Shown: positions 1-11,447, counted from the first letter of the stretch. The stretch is 64,000 bases of DNA from Ignavibacteriota bacterium (GCA_963727825.1 CAVSHO010000009.1:128001-192000); one strand, 5' to 3'. Numbers and translations are program-made. The notes: generated from the letters alone by a model not told the origin.

Positions 1-654
1 GTGACATACGTGAACACAAGTGCAGAAGTCAAGGCAGAGTCGGATATTTGCTGTACTTCAAGCAATGCCGTTGCAGTAGTCCAATCGCTGAAGAGTGAGA
101 CGGTTATTTTCCTGCCGGATGAGTATCTTGCCCGCAATGTTGCGCACGAAACTGGTCGGCACATTATTTTCCCAACTCTCACCGGCAGCGATCCAGCAAA
201 CGAAACGCTTCTCGATAAACCTATCATCGGCTGGAAAGCACGGTGCGAAGTGCATGAAAAGTTCACAGTAGAAGATATTCAGAATGTGCGCAAACAGTTT
301 CCCGATGTGTCTATTCTGTCACATCCCGAATGTAGCCCGGAAGTCGTGGCAGCATCAGACTATTCCGGCAGTACTACGCAAATGATTCGTTATGTCCAAC
401 GCACTAACGCACCGCGTTATCTATTACTAACGGAATGTTCAATGGGCGACAATATTATGGCAGCAAATCCGGAAAAGAATATGCTGCGTCTGTGCAGTGT
501 TCGTTGTCCGCACATGAATGAAATTACTTTGGAAGATACGTTGGAAGCTCTCAGAAAAACTCAGTATGTTGTCGAAGTGCCGGAAGAAATTCGGGCTCGT
601 GCATATCGTGCTGTGGAGCGAATGTTGAGTATCATTCCCAAAGCTTCTGATTAA
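1..654 (+). CDS. nadA: Quinolinate synthase NadA (5'-truncated by window edge)
   Basis: Motifs SDICCTSSNA, CEVHE, HPEC, GSTT and CPHMNEITLE; adjacent to nadB. Confidence 0.95.
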   Translation: MTYVNTSAEVKAESDICCTSSNAVAVVQSLKSETVIFLPDEYLARNVAHETGRHIIFPTLTGSDPANETLLDKPIIGWKARCEVHEKFTVEDIQNVRKQFPDVSILSHPECSPEVVAASDYSGSTTQMIRYVQRTNAPRYLLLTECSMGDNIMAANPEKNMLRLCSVRCPHMNEITLEDTLEALRKTQYVVEVPEEIRARAYRAVERMLSIIPKASD

Positions 655-668
655 TATATATTTAATCT

Positions 669-2237
669 ATGAACGAATGTATTGAAACAGATGTTTTGGT
701 CATTGGCAGCGGGATTGCCGGCAGTATTGCTGCGCTCCAACTTGCAGATGCCGGTATTCATGTTGTTGTTGCAACACGCTCAGTGAATCCGGAAGAATCC
801 AATACGTTTTACGCGCAAGGTGGAATAATCTATAAAGGGAAAGAAGATTCGCCCGAACTCCTCATGGAAGATATTCAACATGCTGGAGCAGGCTATTGCA
901 ATCCACAGGCAGTCGCACTTCTTGCGCAGGAAGGACCAAGATTAGTTAAATCTCTACTGCTGAATAAATTATCAATCCCGTTCGATCGCGAAAACGGCGG
1001 TGATCTTTCGCTAGTGCTTGAAGGCGGCCATAGTATTGCACGTATCATTCATGCGGCAGATGCTACCGGAAGCCTTATTGAGAAATATCTGATACAAGCA
1101 CTAAAGTCTAATTCTAACATAACGTTGCTCACCGGTAAAACAGCAGTAGATCTGCTCACACCCGCTCACCATTCACAAAATCGGCAGTCAGTGTATGATC
1201 CCCTTTCCTGCGTGGGCGCGTTTATTCTTGATCAGGGATCCGGACAAGTGCAGCGTGTTCTCGCCCGTGCAACTATTCTCGCTTCAGGTGGATTAGGGCA
1301 AATATTTCTTCGGACGACAAATCCAGCAGGCGCACGCGGTGACGGATTATCTATCGCATATCGTGCTGGAGCGCGAGTGTTAAATTGTGAGTTCGTGCAG
1401 TTTCATCCTACAGCGTTTTATCATCCTAACGCACCATTCTTTCTTATTTCTGAAGCAGTACGTGGCGCAGGCGCACATTTAATAGACTCGAACGGCAAGC
1501 AATTCATGCAGAAGTACGATCCTGAATGGAAAGATTTAGCTCCGCGCGATGTTGTCGCTCGCGGTATCCACCAAGAGATGTTGACTACCGGCGCGTCGAA
1601 TTTATTTCTTGATATAGCCTCTTACATGCATGCAGAAGATATCCGTAATCACTTCCCGTCCATCCACGCGAACTGTTTGCAATATGGCATTGATATGACG
1701 CATGAACCAATACCAATTGTCCCGGCGGCACATTATTTTTGCGGCGGCGTTTGGGTCGATTTGTGGGGACGAACAACGCTCAATCATTTATATGCCGCAG
1801 GAGAGGTTGCATGCACTGGACTTCATGGCGCCAATCGACTTGCTAGTACTTCATTGCTTGAAGGTGTTGTTTGGGGATATAGAGCCGCAGAAAATATTCT
1901 TGACACTTTGAAGGAACATCCTCAACCACGGGCAGAAGAAATTCCGCCATGGCAGGAAACGGGAACATATATTCCGGACTCCGCTCTTATCAGCCAAGAT
2001 ATGAGCGTCATCAAAAACATCATGTGGAATTATACCGGCCTAATCCGCACAAACGAACGATTGCAGCGCGCAATTCGTGAACTACGACATCTCGAATCCG
2101 AAATCGAACGTTTCTACCGCGCCGTAAAATTGACGGACGACATCATTGGCTTACGCAATGCCGTACGCGCCGCTATCATCGTTACCATATCTGCTTGGGA
2201 AAATAAAACGAGCGTTGGCTGTCATTATAGGCAATGA
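669..2237 (+). CDS. nadB: L-aspartate oxidase
   Basis: FAD motif GSGIAG, plus AQGG, EGGHS, QFHPT, LISEAVRG, DLAPRDVVAR and GLHGANRLASTSLLEG. Confidence 0.95.
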   Translation: MNECIETDVLVIGSGIAGSIAALQLADAGIHVVVATRSVNPEESNTFYAQGGIIYKGKEDSPELLMEDIQHAGAGYCNPQAVALLAQEGPRLVKSLLLNKLSIPFDRENGGDLSLVLEGGHSIARIIHAADATGSLIEKYLIQALKSNSNITLLTGKTAVDLLTPAHHSQNRQSVYDPLSCVGAFILDQGSGQVQRVLARATILASGGLGQIFLRTTNPAGARGDGLSIAYRAGARVLNCEFVQFHPTAFYHPNAPFFLISEAVRGAGAHLIDSNGKQFMQKYDPEWKDLAPRDVVARGIHQEMLTTGASNLFLDIASYMHAEDIRNHFPSIHANCLQYGIDMTHEPIPIVPAAHYFCGGVWVDLWGRTTLNHLYAAGEVACTGLHGANRLASTSLLEGVVWGYRAAENILDTLKEHPQPRAEEIPPWQETGTYIPDSALISQDMSVIKNIMWNYTGLIRTNERLQRAIRELRHLESEIERFYRAVKLTDDIIGLRNAVRAAIIVTISAWENKTSVGCHYRQ

Positions 2238-2377
2238 AGCCGCTAAGTAGTATATACCTCCGATGTATTTCAATTTAAGTTTTTTTGAATATTTCGAGTT
2301 ATTTCCTCCAAAAATGTTCCTTTTTTTATTCAAGAGTTTTAGGTATCATTTAACACATCATTGAAAGGATATGAATT

Positions 2378-3340
2378 ATGTACAGGCCGCAGATCACGGT
2401 TGTGGATTGCACTATCCGCGACGGTGGTTTAATGAATAAATCTAATTTCACGCTGGATTGTGTTCAAGCTGTTTATAAAGCCATCTGCGAATCAGGTGTG
2501 CATGTCGTAGAGTTGGGATATAGAAATAGCCGGAAGATGTTTGATCCAGAAAAATACGGTGTATGGCGTTTCTGCGATGACGAGATGATCAAAAAAGTGG
2601 TAGGTGATCATAAATATCCGGACACTAAGATTGCCGTTATGATGGACGCACACAAAAGCTCCATCGATGATCTACTCCCCAAAGAGAAAAGTCTGGTGGA
2701 TTTGGTGCGCTGTGCCACTTATGTTAAGGATATTGACAAATGCATTATGATTGTAAATGATGCCGTAGCAAAAGGTTATGATACAACCATTAACATAATG
2801 TCCATTTCCACAGCCCCGGAGCGCGAGCTCAATGAAGCGTTGCAACAGATTCACGAAGAAACCAAAATCAAGGCATGTTATATTGTAGACAGTTTCGGAA
2901 ATTTGTATTCTGAAGACATCGATTATTTTGTTTCAAAATACCAAAAACTTTTACCCAGCATCGAAGTTGGTGTTCATATGCACAACAACCAACAGCTTGC
3001 ATTCGCCAATACCATCGAAGGCATCATCCGCGGTGCAAATTATATGGATGGTACTCTCTACGGATTGGGCAGGGGCGCAGGTAACTGCTGTTTGGAGCTT
3101 TTACTCGGGTTCCTGAAGAATCCAAAATTCAATATGCGGCCGATATTAGATGTTATCGGCTCACATATTATGCCTCTCCAGAAAGAAATCAACTGGGGCT
3201 ATTCAGTGCCTTACATGATTACAGGCATTATGAACCGGCATCCGGAGGAAGCCATAAAGCTTATGGCATTACCGGAAAAAGATCCGGCAAAATATAATTA
3301 TCGCGCGTTCTATGAAAGAATGCTGGACCCGGAACCATAG
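2378..3340 (+). CDS. DRE-TIM metallolyase (HMGL-like, 4-hydroxy-2-oxovalerate aldolase-like)
   Basis: DCTIRDGG, HMHNNQQLAFAN and GRGAGN motifs. Confidence 0.8.
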   Translation: MYRPQITVVDCTIRDGGLMNKSNFTLDCVQAVYKAICESGVHVVELGYRNSRKMFDPEKYGVWRFCDDEMIKKVVGDHKYPDTKIAVMMDAHKSSIDDLLPKEKSLVDLVRCATYVKDIDKCIMIVNDAVAKGYDTTINIMSISTAPERELNEALQQIHEETKIKACYIVDSFGNLYSEDIDYFVSKYQKLLPSIEVGVHMHNNQQLAFANTIEGIIRGANYMDGTLYGLGRGAGNCCLELLLGFLKNPKFNMRPILDVIGSHIMPLQKEINWGYSVPYMITGIMNRHPEEAIKLMALPEKDPAKYNYRAFYERMLDPEP

Positions 3341-3460
3341 ACAATCCCGCCCGCCGATAGAAAAAGCTCGGTAATGTTGATAACAATTTAAAATGTTCTC
3401 CAAAATAGTCTAGAGACAATTTACGTTTTCCAAATTAATCACAACTAAACAGGAGGCAAT

Positions 3461-4354
3461 ATGATATTTCTTCTCAGTTTAATCATTGTTATCGGAGCTA
3501 TAGTTGTTTGGATCAATGCGCGCAAAAAAGTGCGCGCTGAGCACAATCCATTATTTAAAACAACTGCATCTGCTGCTGGGATCGCAGCGCTAGTTTTTGC
3601 ATTGATCGCTCTTACTCAATGCTTTACACAAATTCCAGCCGGACACGTCGGCGTAGTCGATTTCTTCGGTGTTGTTTCTGACAAACCATTAACGGCAGGA
3701 ATTCAACCAGTTAATCCATTGGCAAACGTGGTGAAATTCTCAATCCAAACGCAGGAACACAAAGAAACAATGCAGGTACTCTCACGTGAGGGTTTGACTA
3801 TCGGGTTGGAAATTAGCGTGCTCTACCGGCTCAACCCAGATTCCGCAGCACAGGTATATAAAACCATTTTAGGTGGAGATTACGAAGGCATCGTACTGGT
3901 TCCACAGTTCCGTGCTATAAGCCGCGCGGTGACTGCGAGTTTCCAAGCCAGTGCACTGTATTCGACGGAACGCGAACAACTCGCTACTTCGATTCAGAAT
4001 GAACTTGGTGCGCTTATCTCTAAACGAGGAGTTATTGTCGAATCAACACCGCTACGCAATGTTGGCTTGCCACCGCAATTAACAGAAGCAATTGAAACAA
4101 AACAGCGTGCCGATCAGGAAAGTCAGCGAATGCAATTTATACTTACAAAAGAAAAACAAGAAGCCGAGAGGAAAAGAATTGAAGCGCAAGGTATCTCAGA
4201 CTTCCAAATCATCGTTGCACGCGGCATCAGCGAGCAATTGCTGCGTTGGAAAGGAATCGAGACAACTGAGAAGCTCGCCAACTCTCCAAATTCAAAAGTC
4301 ATCATCATTGGTGCTGGTAAAGATGGGTTGCCATTGATTTTAGATACAAAGTAA
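3461..4354 (+). CDS. Prohibitin/SPFH (band 7) family membrane protein
   Basis: N-terminal TM segments, GHVGVV, and an AIETKQRADQ..AERKRIEAQG coiled coil. Confidence 0.9.
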   Translation: MIFLLSLIIVIGAIVVWINARKKVRAEHNPLFKTTASAAGIAALVFALIALTQCFTQIPAGHVGVVDFFGVVSDKPLTAGIQPVNPLANVVKFSIQTQEHKETMQVLSREGLTIGLEISVLYRLNPDSAAQVYKTILGGDYEGIVLVPQFRAISRAVTASFQASALYSTEREQLATSIQNELGALISKRGVIVESTPLRNVGLPPQLTEAIETKQRADQESQRMQFILTKEKQEAERKRIEAQGISDFQIIVARGISEQLLRWKGIETTEKLANSPNSKVIIIGAGKDGLPLILDTK

Positions 4355-4387
4355 CTTGATAATCCGGGTTGAACTTACACCCGGACA

Positions 4388-4999
4388 ATGTTTTTGAATT
4401 CATACCACCACAAAATTATTATGAAGAGGATAAATGTGAGACGAAATCATTTTAACGCAAAGATTTTTTCTTTTTTCATCCTCTTTATAATTCTTTTTAC
4501 TTCTTGTCTACTTGGACAAACCATTAAGCCAGATTCGGCACAAATCATTCTAAAAGCTGCCGTAACTAAAACACAATCATCCAAAACGAATGTTCTCCTC
4601 GTTTTTCATGCCACTTGGTGTGGATGGTGCAGGCAATTAGAAACGGCACTCAATGATACAGTGATTAAACCAATAATTGACAAGAACTATATCGTTGCTA
4701 TGGTAGATGTCAATGAGCATGGAGATAAAATACAAAAATCCGAGAATCCTGGTGCGCGGAATTTATTGTCCGACTTCGGAGGGGACAAAGCCGGACTACC
4801 TTTTCTTGTTTTTCTCAATGGGGAAGGTAAAATGATCGCCAACTCCAATGTTATGTCCCAAAAACAGAATATTGGATATCCGGGTTCAAATGAAGAAATT
4901 TCTGCATTTGTGAAGCTACTTCAAAAGACAGCACCGCATATTAATAACAAACAACTTGATGTAATACAAAATTATTTTGAGCTGCACGCACCAAAATAG
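4388..4999 (+). CDS. Exported thioredoxin-fold protein
   Basis: FHATWCGWC CxxC motif after a hydrophobic leader; true start may be downstream. Confidence 0.8.
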   Translation: MFLNSYHHKIIMKRINVRRNHFNAKIFSFFILFIILFTSCLLGQTIKPDSAQIILKAAVTKTQSSKTNVLLVFHATWCGWCRQLETALNDTVIKPIIDKNYIVAMVDVNEHGDKIQKSENPGARNLLSDFGGDKAGLPFLVFLNGEGKMIANSNVMSQKQNIGYPGSNEEISAFVKLLQKTAPHINNKQLDVIQNYFELHAPK

Positions 5000-5019
5000 C
5001 AATTAACTGTGGGCTGCAT

Positions 5020-5798
5020 ATGTCAGACTGCAAAACGCCCGTTCTGTTCATTGGCCACGGTTCGCCAATGAACATTATCTATAAAAACGAATATACTAAA
5101 TCCCTGCAAAAGTTGGGGACTTCTCTTCCAAGACCGGACGCCATACTTGTCGTGTCTGCACATTGGCTTACAGAAGGAACTTTCATCTGCTCTGTAAATA
5201 AGCCGAAACAAATCTACGATTTCTATGGCTTCCCCGATGAACTCTATGCTGTAAAGTACCATCCTCCCGGCGCGCGCGCAATCGCCGAGTCCATCGCGCA
5301 GGAATTAAAGTCCGACAACATCCAACTAGATGCCGAATGGGGAATCGACCATGCCTCATGGGCAGTACTTATTCATATGTATCCTAAAGCAGATATTCCA
5401 ATTTTTGAAATGAGTTTAGATCTAACGAAGAATGAAAAAGAACATTACAGCTTAGGAAAAAACTATCATATCTTCGCAGAAAGAACATTCTCATTATGGG
5501 CAGCGGGAATATCGTTCACAACCTGCGCCAGATTGATTTTGATGAAAATGCCAAGCCATTCCCGTGGGCAATCGAGTTCGATGAATATATTAAAGATGCG
5601 CTTCTTCAGAAAGACCATGACCGGTTGATTCGCTACAAAGAATTGAGTCCTGTCAGCCGACTTGCCGTACCAACGAACGATCATTACCTGCCGTTCCTCT
5701 ACAGCGTTGCATTGCAAGAAGAAGATGAGCAGATTGGGTTTGTTCACGAAGGCATCCAAAACGGATCGATGTCGATGAGATGTTTCACAATTCAATAA
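5020..5798 (+). CDS. ygiD: 4,5-DOPA extradiol dioxygenase (LigB/YgiD family); one frameshift in the A-run near 5457-5462
   Basis: FIGHGSPMN, VSAHW, IYDFYGFP and GIDHASW in frame 1; GSGNIVHNL, PTNDHYLP and SMSM in the next frame. Confidence 0.85.
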
Positions 5799-5811
5799 TA
5801 AGGAATACATC

Positions 5812-6141
5812 GTGATCATTAAAAATATTCCATTTGAAATAACCGATTGGTCCGAAATTAAATCTGAGCGGCATGAAGGTGAAACCGGATACGCCCTTTG
5901 GAAGGTGCGCCAATGCGGTGATATCCGTGTGCGTGTTGTGGAATACTCGGCTAACTATAAAGCCGATCATTGGTGCACAAAAGGGCACATTTTGTATTGT
6001 CTCAAAGGTAAGATAACCACTCATCTGAAAGACGGCCGAGTAGTCGAATTGCGTAAAGGCATGTCGTATCAAGTCGAAGATGAAAATTATCCGCATAGTT
6101 CTTACACAAAGGACGGTGCAGTATTATTTATTGTGGATTGA
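5812..6141 (+). CDS. DHCW-motif cupin fold protein
   Basis: ADHWCTKGH, GMSYQV and PHSS motifs. Confidence 0.85.
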   Translation: MIIKNIPFEITDWSEIKSERHEGETGYALWKVRQCGDIRVRVVEYSANYKADHWCTKGHILYCLKGKITTHLKDGRVVELRKGMSYQVEDENYPHSSYTKDGAVLFIVD

Positions 6142-6188
6142 ACTCATATAATTATCGTGCCGTTTTGTTTACAATCTAAGGGGGTCAC

Positions 6189-9014
6189 ATGAATAGGCGT
6201 CGTATTTTTTTACCATTCTTGCTTTTCAGTTTGTTACTTATTGTTTCCTTTTACATATCTCAAGCGCAGCAGACTTTCAAACTGGATCAAGTTCTTACTC
6301 ACGATCCGAAAATTATAATAGGCAAATTGGACAACGGATTGACTTACTATATTCGTGAGAACCACAAACCGGAAAAACGTGCAGAACTGCGCTTAGCTGT
6401 CAAAGCCGGTTCAATTCTCGAAGACGACGACCAGCAAGGACTGGCGCATTTTGATGAACATATGGCATTCAACGGCACAAAGAGTTTCCCAAAGCAAGAC
6501 ATTATCAACTTTCTTGAAAAATCCGGAGTGCGTTTTGGTGCAGATTTGAACGCATACACCAGTTTCGATCAAACCGTGTATATGCTGCAAGTGCCAACCG
6601 ACTCTCAGGAAGTGATGGAAAAAGGATTCCAAATTCTTGAAGAATGGAGCCACGATGTTTCTTACGACGACAAAGAAATTGATAGAGAGCGCGGTGTTGT
6701 AATCGAAGAATGGCGATTGGGTCAAGGAGCAAGCAACCGTATTTGGATGAAACATGTTCCATTCGAACTCTACAAATCACAGTATGCCAATCGTATGCCG
6801 ATTGGGAAGAAGGAAATCCTGGAGTCGTGCCCCCATGATGCTCTCCGTAGGTTTTATCATGATTGGTACCGACCGGATCTGATGGCGGTGTTTGCTGTCG
6901 GTGATTTCAACAAAGATGAAATCGAAAAGCTTATCAAGGAACATTTTTCACATCTAAGAAATCCTGAGAAAGAACGTGAACGCCGGCAATATCCTGTACC
7001 GGACAACAAAGAAACACTGGTATCCATTGCTACCGATCCGGAATTAACCAGAGCTTCTGTTGAGGTGATGTTTAAACGCGATACAAGTAGTCAATCCACG
7101 GCTGGAGATTATAGAAATGAAATCATCAGCAATCTCTCCAATGCAATGTTGAATGCACGATATAGTGAACTGGTCCAGACACAGAATCCACCATTCATCT
7201 ATGCCTACAACTATGACGAAAGATTCATCGGCCCAAAACAGGCATATAACTTCGGTGCAGTCGTAAAAGAGAATTCTATTCTTAATGGATTTGAAGCCTT
7301 AATAACAGAAGCATTTCGTGTGAAGCTGCATGGATTCACTGTAACCGAACTTGAAAGGCAAAAGGTTCAATTTTTACGAGAGATGGAAAAGTTTTTTAAG
7401 GAACGGGATAAAACTGAATCGCGACAATTCGTTGATGAATATATCAGAAACTTCCTCAATAATGAACCGATCCCCGGAATCGAAGTTGAGCTTGGTTTAT
7501 ATAGACAATTCCTTCCCGGCATAACCCTTCAGGAAGTCAATAAGCAAACGCAGGAACGGATGACTGAGAACAACCGGGTTATTACTGTCTCTGTTCCTCA
7601 GAAGGACAGCGTAAAAGTTCCGACGGAAGCGGAAGTGCTATTTATCATGAATAAAGTTAGCACAGAACAACTCGATCCTTACATCGATAAAGTGAACACG
7701 GAACCGTTAGTCTCTGACCTTCCCACACCGGGCAAAGTTATGGAAGAAAAAAAGTTTGCGTCGCTCGATGTAGTAGAATGGAAACTCTCCAACGGAGCAC
7801 GGGTTGTCCTTAAATCAACAGATTTTAAGAACGATGAAATTCTTTTTTCTGCCCACAGCTACGGCGGCACATCGTTAGTTGATGATAAGAATTACCTCTC
7901 CGCCGAATTTGCATCCGCCATTGTCGGACAATCCTCAGGAGTTGGTAAGTTCGATCCCATCGCATTGCAAAAGAAACTTTCAGGTAAAATCGTATCCGTT
8001 TATCCTACAATTACACAACTCGCAGAAGGATTCAGTGGTAGTGCATCACCGCAAGATATCGAAACACTTTTCCAGCTCGTGTACCTTTTGGGAACTTCTC
8101 CGCGAAAAGATTCGACTGCATTCTTATCTTTGATGACACGGTATAAGGCATCGCTGCAAAATCGCAGTGTAAGTCCTGAAGCAGCATTTGCCGATACATT
8201 GCAAGTCACATTAACAAATTATCATCCACGAATGCGCCCATTAACAGTTCCGCTGTTGGATGAAATTAATCTCGACGCTGCATTTTCCATTTACAAAGAT
8301 AGGTTTGCAGACTTCAGTGGTTTCGTTTTCTTGTTTGTCGGCAATTTCAAGATTGATTCCATCAAACCGCTTGTTGAGCAATATCTTGCCACACTGCCGT
8401 CGCTCAATCGAAAAGAAATGTGGAAAGATATTGGCGTCGAGCCACCAAAAGGCGTCATCAGCAAACAGGTGAAGAAAGGCATCGAACCGAAAAGCTCTGT
8501 CAATCTTACATTCACCGGACCGTTCGAATGGTCTCAACAAAACAGGTATGATTTCAATTCGATGCTCGAGGTGCTCAATATAAAATTGCGAGAAGTACTT
8601 CGAGAAGATAAAGGCGGAACCTATGGCGTTAATGTATCCGGTAATCCCACGCATTACCCACGGCAGGAATATCATATTTCTTTTCGATGGGGATGTAGCC
8701 CCGATCGCGTTGATGAATTAGTGAATATCGCTTTGCAACAAATAGACAGCGCAAAACTCAAACCGTTTGATTCCGTTTATATCGATAAAGTGCGCGAGAC
8801 TCAACGGCGCGGGTATGAAGTAAATCTGAAACAGAACAGGTTCTGGCTTAACAGTCTCCATTCGTTCTATGAGGACAACGGAAATCCCGAAAAGATGCTG
8901 AATTATCCAAAGTTTGTAAAGAATTTGAATGCCGCCGCAATCCAGAATGCTGTAAAGAAATATTTTAATACAGATAATTATGTGAAGGTGGTGCTGTATC
9001 CAGAGAAGAAGTGA
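6189..9014 (+). CDS. M16 family zinc metallopeptidase (PqqL/insulinase-like), exported
   Basis: Inverted zinc motif GLAHFDEHMAF (HxxEH), NAYTSFD, LREDKGGTY and a signal peptide. Confidence 0.92.
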   Translation: MNRRRIFLPFLLFSLLLIVSFYISQAQQTFKLDQVLTHDPKIIIGKLDNGLTYYIRENHKPEKRAELRLAVKAGSILEDDDQQGLAHFDEHMAFNGTKSFPKQDIINFLEKSGVRFGADLNAYTSFDQTVYMLQVPTDSQEVMEKGFQILEEWSHDVSYDDKEIDRERGVVIEEWRLGQGASNRIWMKHVPFELYKSQYANRMPIGKKEILESCPHDALRRFYHDWYRPDLMAVFAVGDFNKDEIEKLIKEHFSHLRNPEKERERRQYPVPDNKETLVSIATDPELTRASVEVMFKRDTSSQSTAGDYRNEIISNLSNAMLNARYSELVQTQNPPFIYAYNYDERFIGPKQAYNFGAVVKENSILNGFEALITEAFRVKLHGFTVTELERQKVQFLREMEKFFKERDKTESRQFVDEYIRNFLNNEPIPGIEVELGLYRQFLPGITLQEVNKQTQERMTENNRVITVSVPQKDSVKVPTEAEVLFIMNKVSTEQLDPYIDKVNTEPLVSDLPTPGKVMEEKKFASLDVVEWKLSNGARVVLKSTDFKNDEILFSAHSYGGTSLVDDKNYLSAEFASAIVGQSSGVGKFDPIALQKKLSGKIVSVYPTITQLAEGFSGSASPQDIETLFQLVYLLGTSPRKDSTAFLSLMTRYKASLQNRSVSPEAAFADTLQVTLTNYHPRMRPLTVPLLDEINLDAAFSIYKDRFADFSGFVFLFVGNFKIDSIKPLVEQYLATLPSLNRKEMWKDIGVEPPKGVISKQVKKGIEPKSSVNLTFTGPFEWSQQNRYDFNSMLEVLNIKLREVLREDKGGTYGVNVSGNPTHYPRQEYHISFRWGCSPDRVDELVNIALQQIDSAKLKPFDSVYIDKVRETQRRGYEVNLKQNRFWLNSLHSFYEDNGNPEKMLNYPKFVKNLNAAAIQNAVKKYFNTDNYVKVVLYPEKK

Positions 9015-9025
9015 CATTTCCGCCA

Positions 9026-9056
9026 CCAATCCGATCCCTAAAAGGGGTCGGATTGG
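9026..9056. terminator. Hairpin between convergent M16 peptidase and proA genes
   Basis: CCAATCCGATCCCT-AAA-AGGGGTCGGATTGG. Confidence 0.55.
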
Positions 9057-9057
9057 T

Positions 9058-10311
9058 TTATTTTCTCACCTGCCCTTTTCCGTGAACAATAAACTTGGTG
9101 CTCGTTAGTTCCACAAGTCCCATCGGTCCACGTGCGTGGAGTTTTTGCGTACTGATGCCAATTTCAGCGCCAAGTCCGAATTCATAACCATCGGTAAATC
9201 GTGTTGAGGCATTCAAATACACTACGGCTGAATCAACTTCCCGCAGAAATCTTTCGCCGTTTGTTTTATTGCTGGTAACAATCGCATCGGAATGATGTGA
9301 ACCATAATGATTGATGTGCCAAATGGCTTCATCCAAACTCTTCACTACTTTGACCGCGATTATCAGATCTAAATATTCTTTGTACCATTCAGCATCCTGA
9401 GCAAGCTTCGCATCTTTGATGATCATAAGCGTCTTTTTATCGCCGCGAATATCAACTCCCGCCTGCTTTAACCTTCTTGCAATGAGGGGTATGAATTTCT
9501 TTGCAATCTTCTCGTGTACTAAAAGTTTTTCAGCTGCATTGCAAACGGAGGGTCTCTGAACCTTCGCATTAAATACGATCTCTTCTGCCTTCGTAAAATC
9601 GGCTGAGCTATCAACATAAATGTGGCAGTTGCCTTCGCCATGTGCAATAACAGGCACGGCAGAATTCTCTTGAATGAAACTGATTAACTTCTGACTTCCG
9701 CGCGGAATAATGACATCGAGGAATCTATCTTGCTTTAGCATTGACAGCACTGCTTTTCTGTCCGTTGTATCGATAAATTCGACACAGCCAGTCGGCAGGT
9801 TCACATCCTGCAAAGCCATCTTAATAATATCAACAAGTTTCTTGTTCGTGTGTATAGCTTCCGAGCCGCCGCGCAGCAGTACAGCGTTCCCGGATTTCAA
9901 ACACAGGACAGAAGCATCGATTGTCACATTCGGCCGCGCCTCATAAATAATACCTACAGCGCCGAGAGGCACTCTCATCTTCTCAATTAGAAGACCATTT
10001 GGCCTTTTTATTTTCTCAATAACTCTCCCAACGGGATCAGGAAGTTTGACGACATCGTTCACACCATCTATCATTTGCCTGATGCGCTGTTCATTGAGAG
10101 TCAACCTATCAAGTAGTATTTTCTGCAGTCCGGTTTGTTTGGCGTTCCGCAAATCTTTTTTGTTGGCTTCGAGAATTGCCGAAGTTTCATTACAAAGATG
10201 TTTGTTGATTGCCCTAAGTAAAGAATTTTTTTTCGCAGTTGTGCAGTTGTAGAGAATTCCGCTCGCTTCTTTGACAGACCGCGCCTTCTTGATAATGTTA
10301 ATTTCTAACAC
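9058..10311 (-). CDS. proA: Glutamate-5-semialdehyde dehydrogenase
   Basis: IIYEARPNVT, LKSGNAVLLRGG, SVCNAAE, NASTRFTDG and STQKLHARGPMGL. Confidence 0.97.
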   Translation of the reverse strand: MLEINIIKKARSVKEASGILYNCTTAKKNSLLRAINKHLCNETSAILEANKKDLRNAKQTGLQKILLDRLTLNEQRIRQMIDGVNDVVKLPDPVGRVIEKIKRPNGLLIEKMRVPLGAVGIIYEARPNVTIDASVLCLKSGNAVLLRGGSEAIHTNKKLVDIIKMALQDVNLPTGCVEFIDTTDRKAVLSMLKQDRFLDVIIPRGSQKLISFIQENSAVPVIAHGEGNCHIYVDSSADFTKAEEIVFNAKVQRPSVCNAAEKLLVHEKIAKKFIPLIARRLKQAGVDIRGDKKTLMIIKDAKLAQDAEWYKEYLDLIIAVKVVKSLDEAIWHINHYGSHHSDAIVTSNKTNGERFLREVDSAVVYLNASTRFTDGYEFGLGAEIGISTQKLHARGPMGLVELTSTKFIVHGKGQVRK

Positions 10312-11447
10312 GATGTTTCTCCAATTAAAACTAAATTATCTCGATGAATCACTTCGTCGTGCGATTTACGATTGAGAATTTTTTCAATCTCACTAGTTCT
10401 TTTCCCTTTAATTTTACCAAGATCCGTTGAAGAATATCCGGTTACTCCCTTTGCGATCACTTTGCTGTTCAAATCTAATATAGAAATAGTCTCGTTCGCC
10501 TTGAACTCCCCATGCACTTCTACAATTCCGGAGGGCAGCAGGCTCTTTTGTCTTTTCAATAGTGCAAGTTTGGCTCCTTCGTCGACGCGCACGTATCCTT
10601 TTGCTGAGGAAACAAAACCAATCCACTTTTTTCGCATATTCAATTTATTTTCTGCCGGCAGAAAGAGCGTGCCTTTAAAAGTGCCAGAAAATATTTCTTC
10701 TAATACACCTTGATTCTTTCCGTTGGCAATGATCATCGCAATACCTGCAGAGACGCAGCGCTTTGCCGCCTGAATTTTTGTAATCATCCCTCCGGTGCTC
10801 AATTCAGTTTTACTGCTCTTTGCAAGTTTTTCAATTTGAAGCGTAACTTTTTCCACAACTGGGATCAGTTCAGCTTCATGATTCTTCGACGGATCATCCG
10901 AGAAAAGCCCGTCAATATCGCTCAAAATGATAAGCAGGTCTGCCTCAATAAGATTTGCGACCATTGCAGAAAGGTTATCGTTATCACCAAGCTTAATTTC
11001 TTCTACCGCAACTGTATCATTTTCATTGATGATCGGAACAACACCTTGCTCAAACAACACTGGAAAAGTGTTTTTTGCATTGAGATACCGCGCTCGATCC
11101 ACAAAATCATCTTTTGTAAGCAGGATTTGCGCAATCGTGCAATTCTGCTTCTTGAAAGCATTTTCGTATGCTTCCATTAACAGCGGCTGACCAATAGCTG
11201 CTGTCGCTTGTTTTTCTGGGATCGTTTTGGGACGTTCTTTTAATTTGAGTGCGGCAACGCCCGCTCCAATTGCTCCGGAACTGACAATTGCGATATGGTT
11301 TCCGAGAGCGTTCAAGCGGGCAACACTTCGTGCAATCTCATTGATCTGATCTAGATTTATTCCTTTCACCTTATCGGCAAGAAGATTTGTGCCAATCTTG
11401 ATTACGATCTTATTGCGCGTATGAAGTATGGATTTAAGACGATGCAT
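10305..11447 (-). CDS. proB: Glutamate 5-kinase with PUA domain
   Basis: VIKIGT, VSSGAI, PIINENDTV, GDNDNLSA, TGGMITK and a C-terminal IHRDNL. Confidence 0.97.
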   Translation of the reverse strand: MHRLKSILHTRNKIVIKIGTNLLADKVKGINLDQINEIARSVARLNALGNHIAIVSSGAIGAGVAALKLKERPKTIPEKQATAAIGQPLLMEAYENAFKKQNCTIAQILLTKDDFVDRARYLNAKNTFPVLFEQGVVPIINENDTVAVEEIKLGDNDNLSAMVANLIEADLLIILSDIDGLFSDDPSKNHEAELIPVVEKVTLQIEKLAKSSKTELSTGGMITKIQAAKRCVSAGIAMIIANGKNQGVLEEIFSGTFKGTLFLPAENKLNMRKKWIGFVSSAKGYVRVDEGAKLALLKRQKSLLPSGIVEVHGEFKANETISILDLNSKVIAKGVTGYSSTDLGKIKGKRTSEIEKILNRKSHDEVIHRDNLVLIGETSC